Shown here: one piece after another, positions 22,436-31,841 of the stretch
Numbering within the stretch: position 1 is the stretch's first letter
How the letters are laid out: every line of letters starts with the position of its first letter
Origin: Nitrosarchaeum sp.
GTDB lineage: Archaea > Thermoproteota > Nitrososphaeria > Nitrososphaerales > Nitrosopumilaceae
Reading direction: 5' to 3'
NCBI GenBank assembly: GCA_965223865.1
Contig: OZ245020.1
Span: 1,184,001 to 1,248,000 of the forward strand
Length of the DNA stretch: 64,000 bases
Notes under the pieces: model-generated
What the model saw: the letters and a program-made list of their open reading frames with translations, nothing else
The model's database searches: none
What the model was told of the DNA's origin: nothing
Translations under genes and position numbers: made by a program

Positions 22436-23209
22436 TTATGAAACGTCATCAGTTATTGACTCTACATTTATCACTGCCTTTAGAATTCCGATGAAATTTC
22501 CATTCTCATCTAAAATTCTAATGGAAATGTCACTTGAATACACTCCTGCGCTTTCATCAAACCCCCCTTCAGATAAAAATAAACCATTTTCTTTTGCTTT
22601 TTGCCACCAAATCTCATCATCTTGTCTGTAATCTGAAGTTTTTTCTGATTGGGCAATATTTGCGCCATAAGCATTAGTAACAAAGATTTCTGCATATTTG
22701 AATTGACTTTCTGATTTTAGATCAATATCCATGATTGAACGTAATACCTCTGCTGCAGGATTATGAATCAAATTGTATGCAACTGAGTTTGGTACATTAG
22801 GATCACTTGATTGCCATCTTTGATCTATCTGTCTTATCACTTCTTCAGGAGAACCTGTTTCAGCAAATGAAGCATTGGACTTTACAAGTGCTTTTTGAAT
22901 TTGAGGGAGATTAACTAATGTTCTGGATTGTTCTATCTTCATGTTAATCTCTCCTTGTAAAATTTGCAGATTGTCTATCAAAACCTGATCATCTGTTGTT
23001 TTAGAAGGCACCTTAATCAATTCATTTTCAACAAAATATTCAATTGCCTTAAGAAACTCTTCATCTGAAATTTGACCATTTACCCAAAAACCAACAGCGG
23101 TTTTTATCCATGTGGGAATTTTTGAATCCTCTTGTGCAGAAACAAATCCAATTCCAGATATTATAATTACAAGAAAAACAAAAATTATTGTTGGTTTTGA
23201 GTTTTTCAA
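22436..23209 (-). CDS. Exported protein: thaumarchaeal IPxWIK domain plus Cache/PDC sensor domain
   Basis: Signal peptide; IPTWIKTAVGFWVNGQISDEEF; EIFVTNAYGANIA...TSDYRQDDEIWW...FDESAGV. Confidence 0.8.
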   Translation of the reverse strand: MKNSKPTIIFVFLVIIISGIGFVSAQEDSKIPTWIKTAVGFWVNGQISDEEFLKAIEYFVENELIKVPSKTTDDQVLIDNLQILQGEINMKIEQSRTLVNLPQIQKALVKSNASFAETGSPEEVIRQIDQRWQSSDPNVPNSVAYNLIHNPAAEVLRSIMDIDLKSESQFKYAEIFVTNAYGANIAQSEKTSDYRQDDEIWWQKAKENGLFLSEGGFDESAGVYSSDISIRILDENGNFIGILKAVINVESITDDVS

Positions 23210-23262
23210 CTATAATGAAATTATCCTTGATCTAATTAAACACTTTTCAGTTGTTACTTACA

Positions 23263-23736
23263 TTATGTTTTTTCTATCTGTTTTGCCATAAATTCTTCGG
23301 CTGCCTTGCGCATCTCTTCTGGAGACATGTCTTTTTGATGGGTTGCAATTCCCCATGAATGCCCATATGGGTCAATTAAACTTCCATATCTATCTCCCCA
23401 AAAGGCATCCATCATAGGCATGGTAGGTTTGGCTCCTGCATCTATTGCTTGGTTGTATGTCTTGTCTGCATCTTCTACATAGAGATGAATAGTAGTGGAT
23501 GTACCTCCTATTGATATTGGAGAGCGGGCTCCCATCTGTGGAAATTCATCACTCATCATTACAAACGAATCTCCAATCTGAATCATGGCGTGCATGGTTT
23601 TGCCATCCGGTGTAGGCATCTGATATATTTCTCTCGCATCAAATGCTTTTTTATAAAATTCTATGGCTTCTTTTGAGTTACTTACAACAAGTGATGGAGT
23701 TGTTGTATGAAATCCCTCTGGAATTGGTTTTACCAT
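23263..23736 (-). CDS. VOC/glyoxalase (PhnB-like) protein
   Basis: AIEFYKKAF, HAMIQIG, FWGDRYG..DPYGH.W. Confidence 0.93.
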   Translation of the reverse strand: MVKPIPEGFHTTTPSLVVSNSKEAIEFYKKAFDAREIYQMPTPDGKTMHAMIQIGDSFVMMSDEFPQMGARSPISIGGTSTTIHLYVEDADKTYNQAIDAGAKPTMPMMDAFWGDRYGSLIDPYGHSWGIATHQKDMSPEEMRKAAEEFMAKQIEKT

Positions 23737-23885
23737 ACCTGATATTTTTTCAAGTACATTAAAAGAATTGTTATTGATAATTCTAGTTTAAAGATGTTTT
23801 TGTAAAATTTTATCCTTTTTTAAAAGGAAAATTTGTTTGGAATGCTAATCAGAAATAACGTATGATTACCCCGCAAATAATAATG

Positions 23886-24086
23886 TTAGATGGTCTTCCA
23901 TACATCATAAGATTCTAACAGTCCCTTGATTGCATGTTTGTATTGATCTGAGTGAGGATTTTGAATTTGAAGTACTTTTTGTATCTCTCTTTTTCTCAAG
24001 TTTGCCTCGACTTCAGTTCTATGTTGTGTACAGTACAATCCTGATTCTTGGCATGCATGACAACGAAGGTACTTAGAATAGTCCAT
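23886..24086 (-). CDS. Small hypothetical protein with CxxC...CxxH motif
   Basis: MDYSKYLRCHAC...YCTQH. Confidence 0.65.
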   Translation of the reverse strand: MDYSKYLRCHACQESGLYCTQHRTEVEANLRKREIQKVLQIQNPHSDQYKHAIKGLLESYDVWKTI

Positions 24087-24225
24087 GTTTGAAAGACCAA
24101 AAAACATAGGTTAAAGACTTATCGTGTAATTCGTTCATCGATCAATCAGGAATATCTTGATACTAATTTTGGAATTTTCTGAATTGATAATTAATACATA
24201 TGCCGTATTTTTACTCAAATTTTTA

Positions 24226-25122
24226 TTACTGCTTTAGCTTTTTGTTGACAAAAAATGCAATACCGAAAAGCAATACTGCAATTATGATATAATTTAGATA
24301 TCCAAAAAAGAGTGGAGTATTGCTAATACCTCCTCCATAAAGATTCACTACTGCCCTTACATCGTAATCTGTTATAGAATAAACCATATTTGCTGGCAAA
24401 AATGGATAAATTTCTGGTGTTACCATGATAGAGCGAGATATTATTGAATCTCCATCTCTAAAAAATGGCCTGTCATCATACATTCCATCAAATATGGGAT
24501 GACCCAATCCTAACACATGACCAATTTCATGTTTTATTACCATATCCACCTTTGAATCTATCTTGTCTTTTGATTTAGGATCCAGATAAAAAATGACCAC
24601 ATCTGAAAAACCATAATGAGAAAGTGCTGTATCTCCTCGTACACGTTCTTTACCTGGAGATGGAAATTGCTCAAATGTTATTGTAGTATCGCACCCAAAT
24701 TCTACAAAACTTGATCTCTCAGGTATTACCCTATATTCAAAATTCCATACTCTGGTAGTTTCTGTGTATTGCTCTATCCTGTCCTGCCATTCTTGGACTG
24801 CATTTGAGGTTTTAGTTAACATGATGTTATTTGCATCAGGGAAGGCAGGATCAGAAAATTCTTGAGCACAAAAAACAGGAGACTTGTTAAGCCTATAGTC
24901 TGGTATGTAAAAATAATTCTCAAAACCAAACTCATTACTGCTTGACATGGATGTAAGCACCAGGATGATTGCTGCAACTACTATCAATCCCGAGGCAATA
25001 ATTTTCTTTTTTCTTCCTCGTTTTTTCTGGGTTCTTGGGTGTTTTTCGTTATAGTTTTGTTTGTCTTTATCCATCCAATCAAAAAACTTGTCCTCATCTT
25101 CATCTTTTGTCCAATCAGTCAA
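24226..25122 (-). CDS. Membrane-anchored matrixin-like (metzincin) zinc protease
   Basis: HEIGHVLGLGH, Met-turn SIM, D...V..LYG; N- and C-terminal TM helices. Confidence 0.88.
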   Translation of the reverse strand: MTDWTKDEDEDKFFDWMDKDKQNYNEKHPRTQKKRGRKKKIIASGLIVVAAIILVLTSMSSSNEFGFENYFYIPDYRLNKSPVFCAQEFSDPAFPDANNIMLTKTSNAVQEWQDRIEQYTETTRVWNFEYRVIPERSSFVEFGCDTTITFEQFPSPGKERVRGDTALSHYGFSDVVIFYLDPKSKDKIDSKVDMVIKHEIGHVLGLGHPIFDGMYDDRPFFRDGDSIISRSIMVTPEIYPFLPANMVYSITDYDVRAVVNLYGGGISNTPLFFGYLNYIIIAVLLFGIAFFVNKKLKQ

Positions 25123-25252
25123 GTATCACTATTTTCATATATCCTATAATAGAATTATGTATTTTATGTTAGGTACATGATTTTCTCTGAAGTTTTTAAA
25201 TTGCTATGTTAATTTAAGAAATATAAAGTAAAATCAAAACAAAGTTAGAAGA

Positions 25253-25502
25253 ATGGTAGGTCATAGTGAAAGGGCCAAAACAGGTACTAGGACACAAATC
25301 AATGCACAAATTCGTTTTCTTCAAACAAATCTTACTCTCAAGAAAAAAGAACTGAGTAAAGCAATGCAATACAAAAAAATATAATCTTCCTGGTTTTGCT
25401 ACTCAAATTTCCAGGATAAAACAAGGAATTACAAAGACTGAAAGGGATTTAGAAAAATTCATCAAAAGAAAAGAAAAACTAATCAGAGATGGCCTCATAT
25501 AA
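25253..25502 (+). pseudogene. Frameshifted 82-aa basic coiled-coil ORF
   Basis: MVGHSERAK...MQYKK stops early; removing one A from A7 at 25373-25379 gives a continuous ...YNLPGFATQISRIK...RDGLI. Confidence 0.6.
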
Positions 25503-25949
25503 AAAATTCAATAATGCTATACAAGAAAACAACGCTGTAATCATTTAAACTACTGTTAAATATTCTACTTTAGAATCATAAAATGATATTTAAAAAATTA
25601 GTACAAAACTCAAAATATCTTTAACATGATTTACGATCTTCAAACGATATTTCGTTTGATTTACCCTCCAAATTATCATCCTTTTTTAATAAGTGGTTGA
25701 TTTGCAGGATTTTCTATGTTACTCTTCTAATTCTATATCCTTTTGAAATTCTTTGGGAAGCCCAATCCACCATTCTTGATTCTTAGGCATTTCTATGGAA
25801 TATGTAAAAAAGTTCCTAATAGATCTACTGGTCAATTCTGCACAATATTGGAGTAACAAAATATGACTGAAATTTTTTACTTGAAGCTAATCTTTGGTTA
25901 GCTATTTTTCTATACTAGATAATTTATTTCTCAACTGTTATCTGAAATT

Positions 25950-26081
25950 ATGAAAGCAAAATTTGCAACATTGTGTGTTTCCTGTGGTGAAAAAATTCAG
26001 CCAGGAAGGGAAATTTCAAAAAACCAAGATGAAAAATGGGTTCATAAGCATTGTGTAGATGATCTCGAAGGCTTACCCTAG
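25950..26081 (+). CDS. 43-aa zinc-finger microprotein (CxxC...HxxC)
   Basis: MKAKFATLCVSCGEKIQPGREISKNQDEKWVHKHCVDDLEGLP. Confidence 0.75.
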   Translation: MKAKFATLCVSCGEKIQPGREISKNQDEKWVHKHCVDDLEGLP

Positions 26082-26109
26082 AAATTAATAGGATGTAAAT
26101 CCAATTAAT

Positions 26110-26955
26110 TTGAAAATATTTTTGGTCACAATAAATCCCCTAGATGTCTTTCTTTGGACACTACGAAGAAATGAGAAAGATGTAGTCAATCTTTACAGTA
26201 CCCTGTCCCCTCTAATGCAGCTTGCGACTGGAGGCTCTATGCTAAATTTTGGATTATGGTCTATACAAAATAACAATCCAATTTCTGCACAAAATAATTT
26301 GTGTTCTTATTTTGGGACTTTGTCAGAGTTGGAAAAAGCAAATAATACAGTAGATGTAGGCAGTGGTTTATCTGCACCTGCAATTTATTGGAAAAATCAA
26401 TATCCAAATTTGAAATTGTATTGTGTAAATCTTAATTTCAAGCAATTATTATTTTCTGGTTCTAGCAAAAACATAGAATTTCTGAATTCTTCATCGACAA
26501 AATTGCCTTTTGTGACTGATTCAGTTGATCGTGTTATTGCTTTAGAATCTGCTCAACACTTCAAGCCTTTAGAAAATTTCATATCTGAATCAAAACGAAT
26601 TTTGAAAAAGCAAGGCTTGTTTGTTTTGGCAATGCCTGTGTCTATGAATAGCTCCTCATTAAGCAAACTCGGTATCTTGAAATTCACTTGGTCTTCTGAA
26701 CATTACCTTTTAGAACATGTAAAAAAATTGATCGCGTCTGAAGGTTTTAAAATCTCTAATGAACAATTAATTGGAAGTGAGGTTTATGAGCCTCTTGCAG
26801 ATTATTATATTAAAAACAGAAAATCATTACAAAAATCTATTCTAGAAAAATACCCTCAATATGTAGAATCAATTCTTTACAAATCAATGTTAAAAATGAA
26901 AGATGTATCTCAAAAAAAGATAATTGATTATGTGCTTTTAAAGTATACTCTTTAG
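26110..26955 (+). CDS. Class I SAM-dependent methyltransferase
   Basis: NFGLW, VDVGSG, LPF...DRVIALESAQHF. Confidence 0.9.
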   Translation: MKIFLVTINPLDVFLWTLRRNEKDVVNLYSTLSPLMQLATGGSMLNFGLWSIQNNNPISAQNNLCSYFGTLSELEKANNTVDVGSGLSAPAIYWKNQYPNLKLYCVNLNFKQLLFSGSSKNIEFLNSSSTKLPFVTDSVDRVIALESAQHFKPLENFISESKRILKKQGLFVLAMPVSMNSSSLSKLGILKFTWSSEHYLLEHVKKLIASEGFKISNEQLIGSEVYEPLADYYIKNRKSLQKSILEKYPQYVESILYKSMLKMKDVSQKKIIDYVLLKYTL

Positions 26956-27009
26956 AAAAATTCCTAGAAAATTGTTAGGTTTTTATTTTGATTATTTGTT
27001 TCAAATTTG

Positions 27010-27396
27010 ATGTCTTTAAGTAATGAGGCAAAACTCAAACTGTATGGTGAAAAATGCAATCAACTATTGAAAGACTCTGACATTAGGTTTGCAGGAATAA
27101 TAGATAAAGAAGGTAAACTTGTAACAGGAGGTTTTAAGGAAAATCTCACTCCTTACGAAGAAGATGAAACTCGTTTACAATCGTTTTTGGAATTTGTATC
27201 AAAAGCCTCTATAAGAAAAGAGTATGATGAAAGTCTTGGTCCGATTAATTACCTTGCGGCACGCAGAAACAAAGCAGTCTTAGTTAGTTTCCCATTTCCT
27301 ATAACTCAAGTATTACTTTTGATTTCTGCAGAACCTACAGCAAATATCGAAAACTTGGCTCGTAAAGTAGTTGAAATTTTTACAGATGTTAACTAG
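27010..27396 (+). CDS. Roadblock/profilin-like protein (DUF6659-like), paralogue 2
   Basis: IRFAGIID.EG.LV.GG...EYDESLGPINY..ARR. Confidence 0.78.
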   Translation: MSLSNEAKLKLYGEKCNQLLKDSDIRFAGIIDKEGKLVTGGFKENLTPYEEDETRLQSFLEFVSKASIRKEYDESLGPINYLAARRNKAVLVSFPFPITQVLLLISAEPTANIENLARKVVEIFTDVN

Positions 27397-27450
27397 CTAA
27401 ATAAATTCAAAAATTTTCTTTTGGAACTCAAAAAATACTCATTTTTCTAG

Positions 27451-27882
27451 TTACTTTACTAAAAGAACTGGTATTTTTGATGTATGAACTACGTAATTTG
27501 AGACACTTCCAAGAAATAATTCTTTGATTGCACCCCTACCGCGTGAACCCATTACAATTAGATTGAATTTTTGCTTTTTATCATGTGCTAATTTGATAAT
27601 ATTATATCCAATATCTCCACGCATTAATTTTTCATTAAAAACAATCCCATTTTGTGCTGCAAGGGTTTTTGCATCTGCCATCATTTCCTTAATCTCCTTG
27701 CTAAATCCTATATCTGATCCTACCCCTTGAAATTCTGAATGAGGCTGAATGTTAATTGAATAGGCACCAGTTATTGTTGCTCCAAATTGTCTTGCTATGG
27801 AAATTGCCATTTCAAGCCCTCGCATTGAATTTTTAGAACCGTCCATGGGAACCAAAATTTTGGTAATCTTCTTTTTAATCAC
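27451..27882 (-). CDS. Universal stress protein
   Basis: KILVPMDGS...IVMGSRGRG...LGSVSNYVV. Confidence 0.95.
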   Translation of the reverse strand: MIKKKITKILVPMDGSKNSMRGLEMAISIARQFGATITGAYSINIQPHSEFQGVGSDIGFSKEIKEMMADAKTLAAQNGIVFNEKLMRGDIGYNIIKLAHDKKQKFNLIVMGSRGRGAIKELFLGSVSNYVVHTSKIPVLLVK

Positions 27883-28013
27883 ATTTTTGGACTAAGATTA
27901 GATACTAAAAAACATAGATGTCTTTAGTCATTATGGTAATCAAGAGAAATCATAATAAACACTGATCGACATATCTAGACAATACTTATCTACCCTGATG
28001 AGTCGACGCTAAA

Positions 28014-28814
28014 ATGGTGCAAGAAAATTTCATTCAAGTTGATGGACACAAGATACGGTATCTAGATTCAGGTCATTCTAAAGGTACTTTGGTTTTAATT
28101 CATGGCTTGGGTGCATCTGCTGAAAGATGGGATAAGGTAATCCCAACCCTCTCGGAGCAATACCGTGTTATTGTACCTGATCTAATTGGTTTTGGATATA
28201 GTGACAAACCTTTAGTAGACTATACTCCTGAATTCTTCTCAAATTTTTTAGAAAAGTTCTTTGACGTATCAGGAATTGAAAGACCCTATATTATTGGATC
28301 TTCTTTGGGCGGTCACATTACAGCCGAATATGCCTCTGTAAACCCTGATAATCTTGAAAAATTAATTCTAGTCTCACCTGCAGGAGTTATGAAAAAATCT
28401 ACCCCTGCACTTGATGCTTACATTATGGCTGCACTTTACCCAAGTGAACAAAGTGCAAAAAATGCCTTTGAAATGATGGAAGGTTCTGGAAAAGAAGTCG
28501 ACACAAAAATTGTTGAGGGCTTTATTGAAAGAATGCAGCTGCCTAATGCAAAACTTGCTTTCATGTCAACTGTTCTAGGATTAAAAAATGCTGAAGTGAT
28601 CACAAAAAAATTACAATCTATTCAGGTCCCCACATTGATCATTTGGGGATCAGATGATCCTGTTATTCCAATTCAACATTCTAAAGCATTTGTCTCTGCA
28701 ATTAAGGATTGCAGATTTTATAGAATGGATGGGTGTGGTCATACTCCATATGTTCAAGATCCAAAAACCTTTGTATCTGCAGTAATGAATTTTCTTCAAA
28801 ATGGTAGAGTTTAA
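28014..28814 (+). CDS. Alpha/beta hydrolase (candidate PHA depolymerase)
   Basis: HGLG oxyanion loop, GSSLG nucleophile, GSDDPVIP, CGHTP. Confidence 0.88.
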   Translation: MVQENFIQVDGHKIRYLDSGHSKGTLVLIHGLGASAERWDKVIPTLSEQYRVIVPDLIGFGYSDKPLVDYTPEFFSNFLEKFFDVSGIERPYIIGSSLGGHITAEYASVNPDNLEKLILVSPAGVMKKSTPALDAYIMAALYPSEQSAKNAFEMMEGSGKEVDTKIVEGFIERMQLPNAKLAFMSTVLGLKNAEVITKKLQSIQVPTLIIWGSDDPVIPIQHSKAFVSAIKDCRFYRMDGCGHTPYVQDPKTFVSAVMNFLQNGRV

Positions 28815-28840
28815 ATAACTCTTAATTCCTACTACTACCA

Positions 28841-29266
28841 ATGAGTGGTAACCAAAACCCATATGATCCAACAATTATGTTTAAAAATTGGATTCAAAAA
28901 AGCGGTCGTGCACAGGCTGAATTTATGAAAAATTTTGGTTCATTAATGACCAATCAAAATACTCAAACATTTGATCCCTTAGAAACCTTGAAGGAAGTCT
29001 CAGAAAATGCAAGAGATACTCAATCTAAAATGATGCAAAACATGTCATCTCTTCAGAGTAAGAACATGGATACTATGTTCAACATTGGCCAAATGCTTCC
29101 ATCGTTTATGAATTGGGGAGCTTACAAGACTACTGTCGGCAGTAACGGCCGGATTTCTATTCCAGAGGCTGAACGTAATGCCCTTGGATTAGGTGAAGGT
29201 GACTTGGTGCAAGTCATTGTTCTTCCAATAGCAAAAAAATCAAAAGCTAGGGAGGTGAAAAATTGA
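28841..29266 (+). CDS. phaR: AbrB/SpoVT-domain regulator, PhaR-like
   Basis: C-terminal GRISIPEAERNALGLGEGDLVQV AbrB domain; helical N-terminus; context beside phaEC. Confidence 0.75.
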   Translation: MSGNQNPYDPTIMFKNWIQKSGRAQAEFMKNFGSLMTNQNTQTFDPLETLKEVSENARDTQSKMMQNMSSLQSKNMDTMFNIGQMLPSFMNWGAYKTTVGSNGRISIPEAERNALGLGEGDLVQVIVLPIAKKSKAREVKN

Positions 29267-29691
29267 GTAAGAACGAACAGACACAAACAAAATCCACAGA
29301 TGCATTTTCTGTATATCAACAAAACGTAGATAAATTCTTCAACGGTATCAGACAATCAGTACCACAGTATCATCAAGCAATTACTAATGTACAACAGGAA
29401 TTCCTACAGGCTTATGAAAACATTGCAGATTCAACAATCACACTGCAAAAAGAATATGTAAAAAAAGCCGGTATTGCAGCAAACATTCCAGAGGCTACAT
29501 TAAAAGTAATTCAGGATACAACTGAAGAATTCGTAAAGGCAACATCAATTCAGAACCAAGTTACACTTGCAACAATTGATGCAACACAACAAAATATCAA
29601 GACCTTTAACGATAATGCAAAATCATTTGCTGATCTGAACAGAAACATTCTGCAATCTTGGATTTCAGCATTCACCACAAAGAACAACTAG
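29263..29691 (+). CDS. phaP: Phasin-like (PhaP) granule-associated protein
   Basis: Amphipathic Q/T/A-rich helical protein overlapping the phaR-like gene; context. Confidence 0.65.
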   Translation: MSKNEQTQTKSTDAFSVYQQNVDKFFNGIRQSVPQYHQAITNVQQEFLQAYENIADSTITLQKEYVKKAGIAANIPEATLKVIQDTTEEFVKATSIQNQVTLATIDATQQNIKTFNDNAKSFADLNRNILQSWISAFTTKNN

Positions 29692-29725
29692 TGGCGAATC
29701 TAAATTTTTACTTTTTTTAAATTTT

Positions 29726-30790
29726 TTATGACCTTTCAGATAACCATTTTCCTAATTCTGGCAATACTTTTTTCTGAGACAAAGAACTTGCAATCATTCC
29801 TACATGTCCTGTAGGGTATATTCTCAATGTTTTATCTTCACTTCCAACAGCATAATGTAATGGCATGCTACATTCAGGGGATACTAGGTGATCTCCTACT
29901 GCAACTTGGGTAAATATTGGCATGTCTATTTTTTTTAGATCAATATGGCTTCCTCCCACGTACATCTTATTTTGAATTAACAAATTATCTTGATAGATGT
30001 CTTTAATCCACTGTTTGAATAATTCGCCTGGTATGGGCGGCGTGTCTCCAAGCCATTTTTCAACTCTTAAAAAGTTATCAACAAACCTTTGATTGTCTAT
30101 ATTTTTAAAAAAATTCACATATTTTTCTATACCTTGTTCAAATGGTTTTAGGACTGAAAAACAATAGTACATGAATTCTGGAGGCATATTTCCTATCGTG
30201 CTTACCATTTTTTCAACATCGATATGTTTTGCCAAATTACTGATCACTGTTGTATCTCTCCAGCCATCAATTACTGGTGCAGTGGCAATGAAATTCTTTA
30301 CACTTTCTGGATGAAGAGAGGTATAAGCCGTGGCAATGGTTGCACCTGTACAGTATCCCTGAAGTGATATTTTTTCAGTTGATGCCTCATCTTTGATAAA
30401 TTCGACACAACTATCAAGATATCCATTAACATAGTCATCAAAATCAAGATATTTGTCCATGCTTGTTGGATTTCCCCAGTCTAACATGTATACATCAAAT
30501 CCTTGTTCTAACAAATTTCTAACCCAACTCTTCTCTGGTTGTATATCCAAAATATGATATCTGTTAATCAAAGCATATGAAATTAACAATGGTGTTTTGT
30601 GTTGTTTTTCTGTAAGTGGTTTGTAATGCAATAGTCTTGCTTTATCCATTTCATGTGCCACATCATGAGGTGTAACTTCTAAACTAATTTCATCTGGTGC
30701 AGAAACTAATTTTGGTGCATCTGTAATGTTTTTTGTAAACTTTAAAATCTCTTCTACCAGTTTTGGGTCTATTTTTGTTTTGGACTTCAT
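29726..30790 (-). CDS. phaC: Class III PHA synthase subunit PhaC
   Basis: YALINR..ILD, DWG.P, GYCTG (catalytic Cys), RVEKW, GDHLV, GHVG. Confidence 0.95.
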   Translation of the reverse strand: MKSKTKIDPKLVEEILKFTKNITDAPKLVSAPDEISLEVTPHDVAHEMDKARLLHYKPLTEKQHKTPLLISYALINRYHILDIQPEKSWVRNLLEQGFDVYMLDWGNPTSMDKYLDFDDYVNGYLDSCVEFIKDEASTEKISLQGYCTGATIATAYTSLHPESVKNFIATAPVIDGWRDTTVISNLAKHIDVEKMVSTIGNMPPEFMYYCFSVLKPFEQGIEKYVNFFKNIDNQRFVDNFLRVEKWLGDTPPIPGELFKQWIKDIYQDNLLIQNKMYVGGSHIDLKKIDMPIFTQVAVGDHLVSPECSMPLHYAVGSEDKTLRIYPTGHVGMIASSLSQKKVLPELGKWLSERS

Positions 30791-31359
30791 TTTTTACTTC
30801 CTGATTTTTTCTTTAATTCTATTTCTAATTTAGTTATTCGTTTTTTTAGAGCATGCATTTCTTTGTACACCTCGTCAATTTCTTCTTTACTGGGTAAATT
30901 TGCTGATTGTAAAATGACATTTGAAATGTTGCTCCAATGTTTTGTGAGTTCTAGTTCTTTTGATACTAATTTGCCATAGTTGTCTCCAAATTTCTCAGAG
31001 TCAAACAATTCTGTAAAGTCATTATCAAAAATTTCAATCCATGTCTTCTTGTATGCATCAAATTGTTCTACGTCTTGTGGTGTTTCAGGTACCTTTTGGT
31101 TTGCTTTTTTTTGTGCAACATTCCAGGTGTCTGCAAGCTGCTTGTAATACTCTGTTAGAAACTGATTAAATTCTAATAACTTTTCATTAATTTCTATTAA
31201 TTCTGTGGATATCTTTTTTGAATTTGTGGCAAAGGCCCGCATTGGTCCAATTGATGTAAGCGCTTGAGGTTTGCTAGACATTAGATGGATTAAATCTGTC
31301 CAAAAAAGAGACATGTGTTTATAATAATCAGTAAGTTCTTTTGGCGATTGAGCCTTCAC
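30787..31359 (-). CDS. phaE: Class III PHA synthase subunit PhaE
   Basis: W...F...F.S..F; NLPSKEEIDEVYK..H.LKKRI PhaE box; overlaps phaC. Confidence 0.88.
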   Translation of the reverse strand: MKAQSPKELTDYYKHMSLFWTDLIHLMSSKPQALTSIGPMRAFATNSKKISTELIEINEKLLEFNQFLTEYYKQLADTWNVAQKKANQKVPETPQDVEQFDAYKKTWIEIFDNDFTELFDSEKFGDNYGKLVSKELELTKHWSNISNVILQSANLPSKEEIDEVYKEMHALKKRITKLEIELKKKSGSKK

Positions 31360-31413
31360 AGACTACTAATTGCATAGATCCCAATTAAATAGTTCGCTTG
31401 TTAATTCAGAAAA

Positions 31414-31803
31414 GTGGAAAATCCTGACGCTATTGAAAAAATATGCCAAAAAATAGCCAAACTAGATCCCAAAATGAGATCTGCCAGGATCATCAACAAT
31501 CGTGGTCATCTTGTTGCTGGAGGAATGAAAAAAGGATTACAGTCGCTTGAAAAACAAAAACAGGACGAAATGATGTTTATGGAATTAGCCCTTCGTGTTA
31601 GAATGCGACATGAATTTGATAATGAATTTGGCGAAGTTCATTTTTCATTATCTTATCGTGATAAAATTATCGTAATGAGTTTCCCTTTAGCAAATGATGA
31701 TGTTTGTCTTGTTTCGTCTGAAAAAGATCTTGATTTTGGGAAAGTCCCTTTTAAAATTTTAAAGATTCTTGCACCCCTGAAAAAAAATCCAAGTACTTTC
31801 TAA
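31414..31803 (+). CDS. Roadblock/profilin-like protein (DUF6659-like), paralogue 3
   Basis: MRSARIIN.RG.LVAGG...ELALRVRMRHEFD.EFG.V. Confidence 0.78.
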   Translation: MENPDAIEKICQKIAKLDPKMRSARIINNRGHLVAGGMKKGLQSLEKQKQDEMMFMELALRVRMRHEFDNEFGEVHFSLSYRDKIIVMSFPLANDDVCLVSSEKDLDFGKVPFKILKILAPLKKNPSTF

Positions 31804-31841
31804 AAATAAAGAACTTAATTCTAGTGTTTGGTGTTGTTTGT

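Noticed and set aside
25620-25870. Short minus-strand frame ...MPKNQEWWIGLPKEFQKDIELEE
   Set aside because: Only 23 codons from ATG; may be a remnant but unsupported
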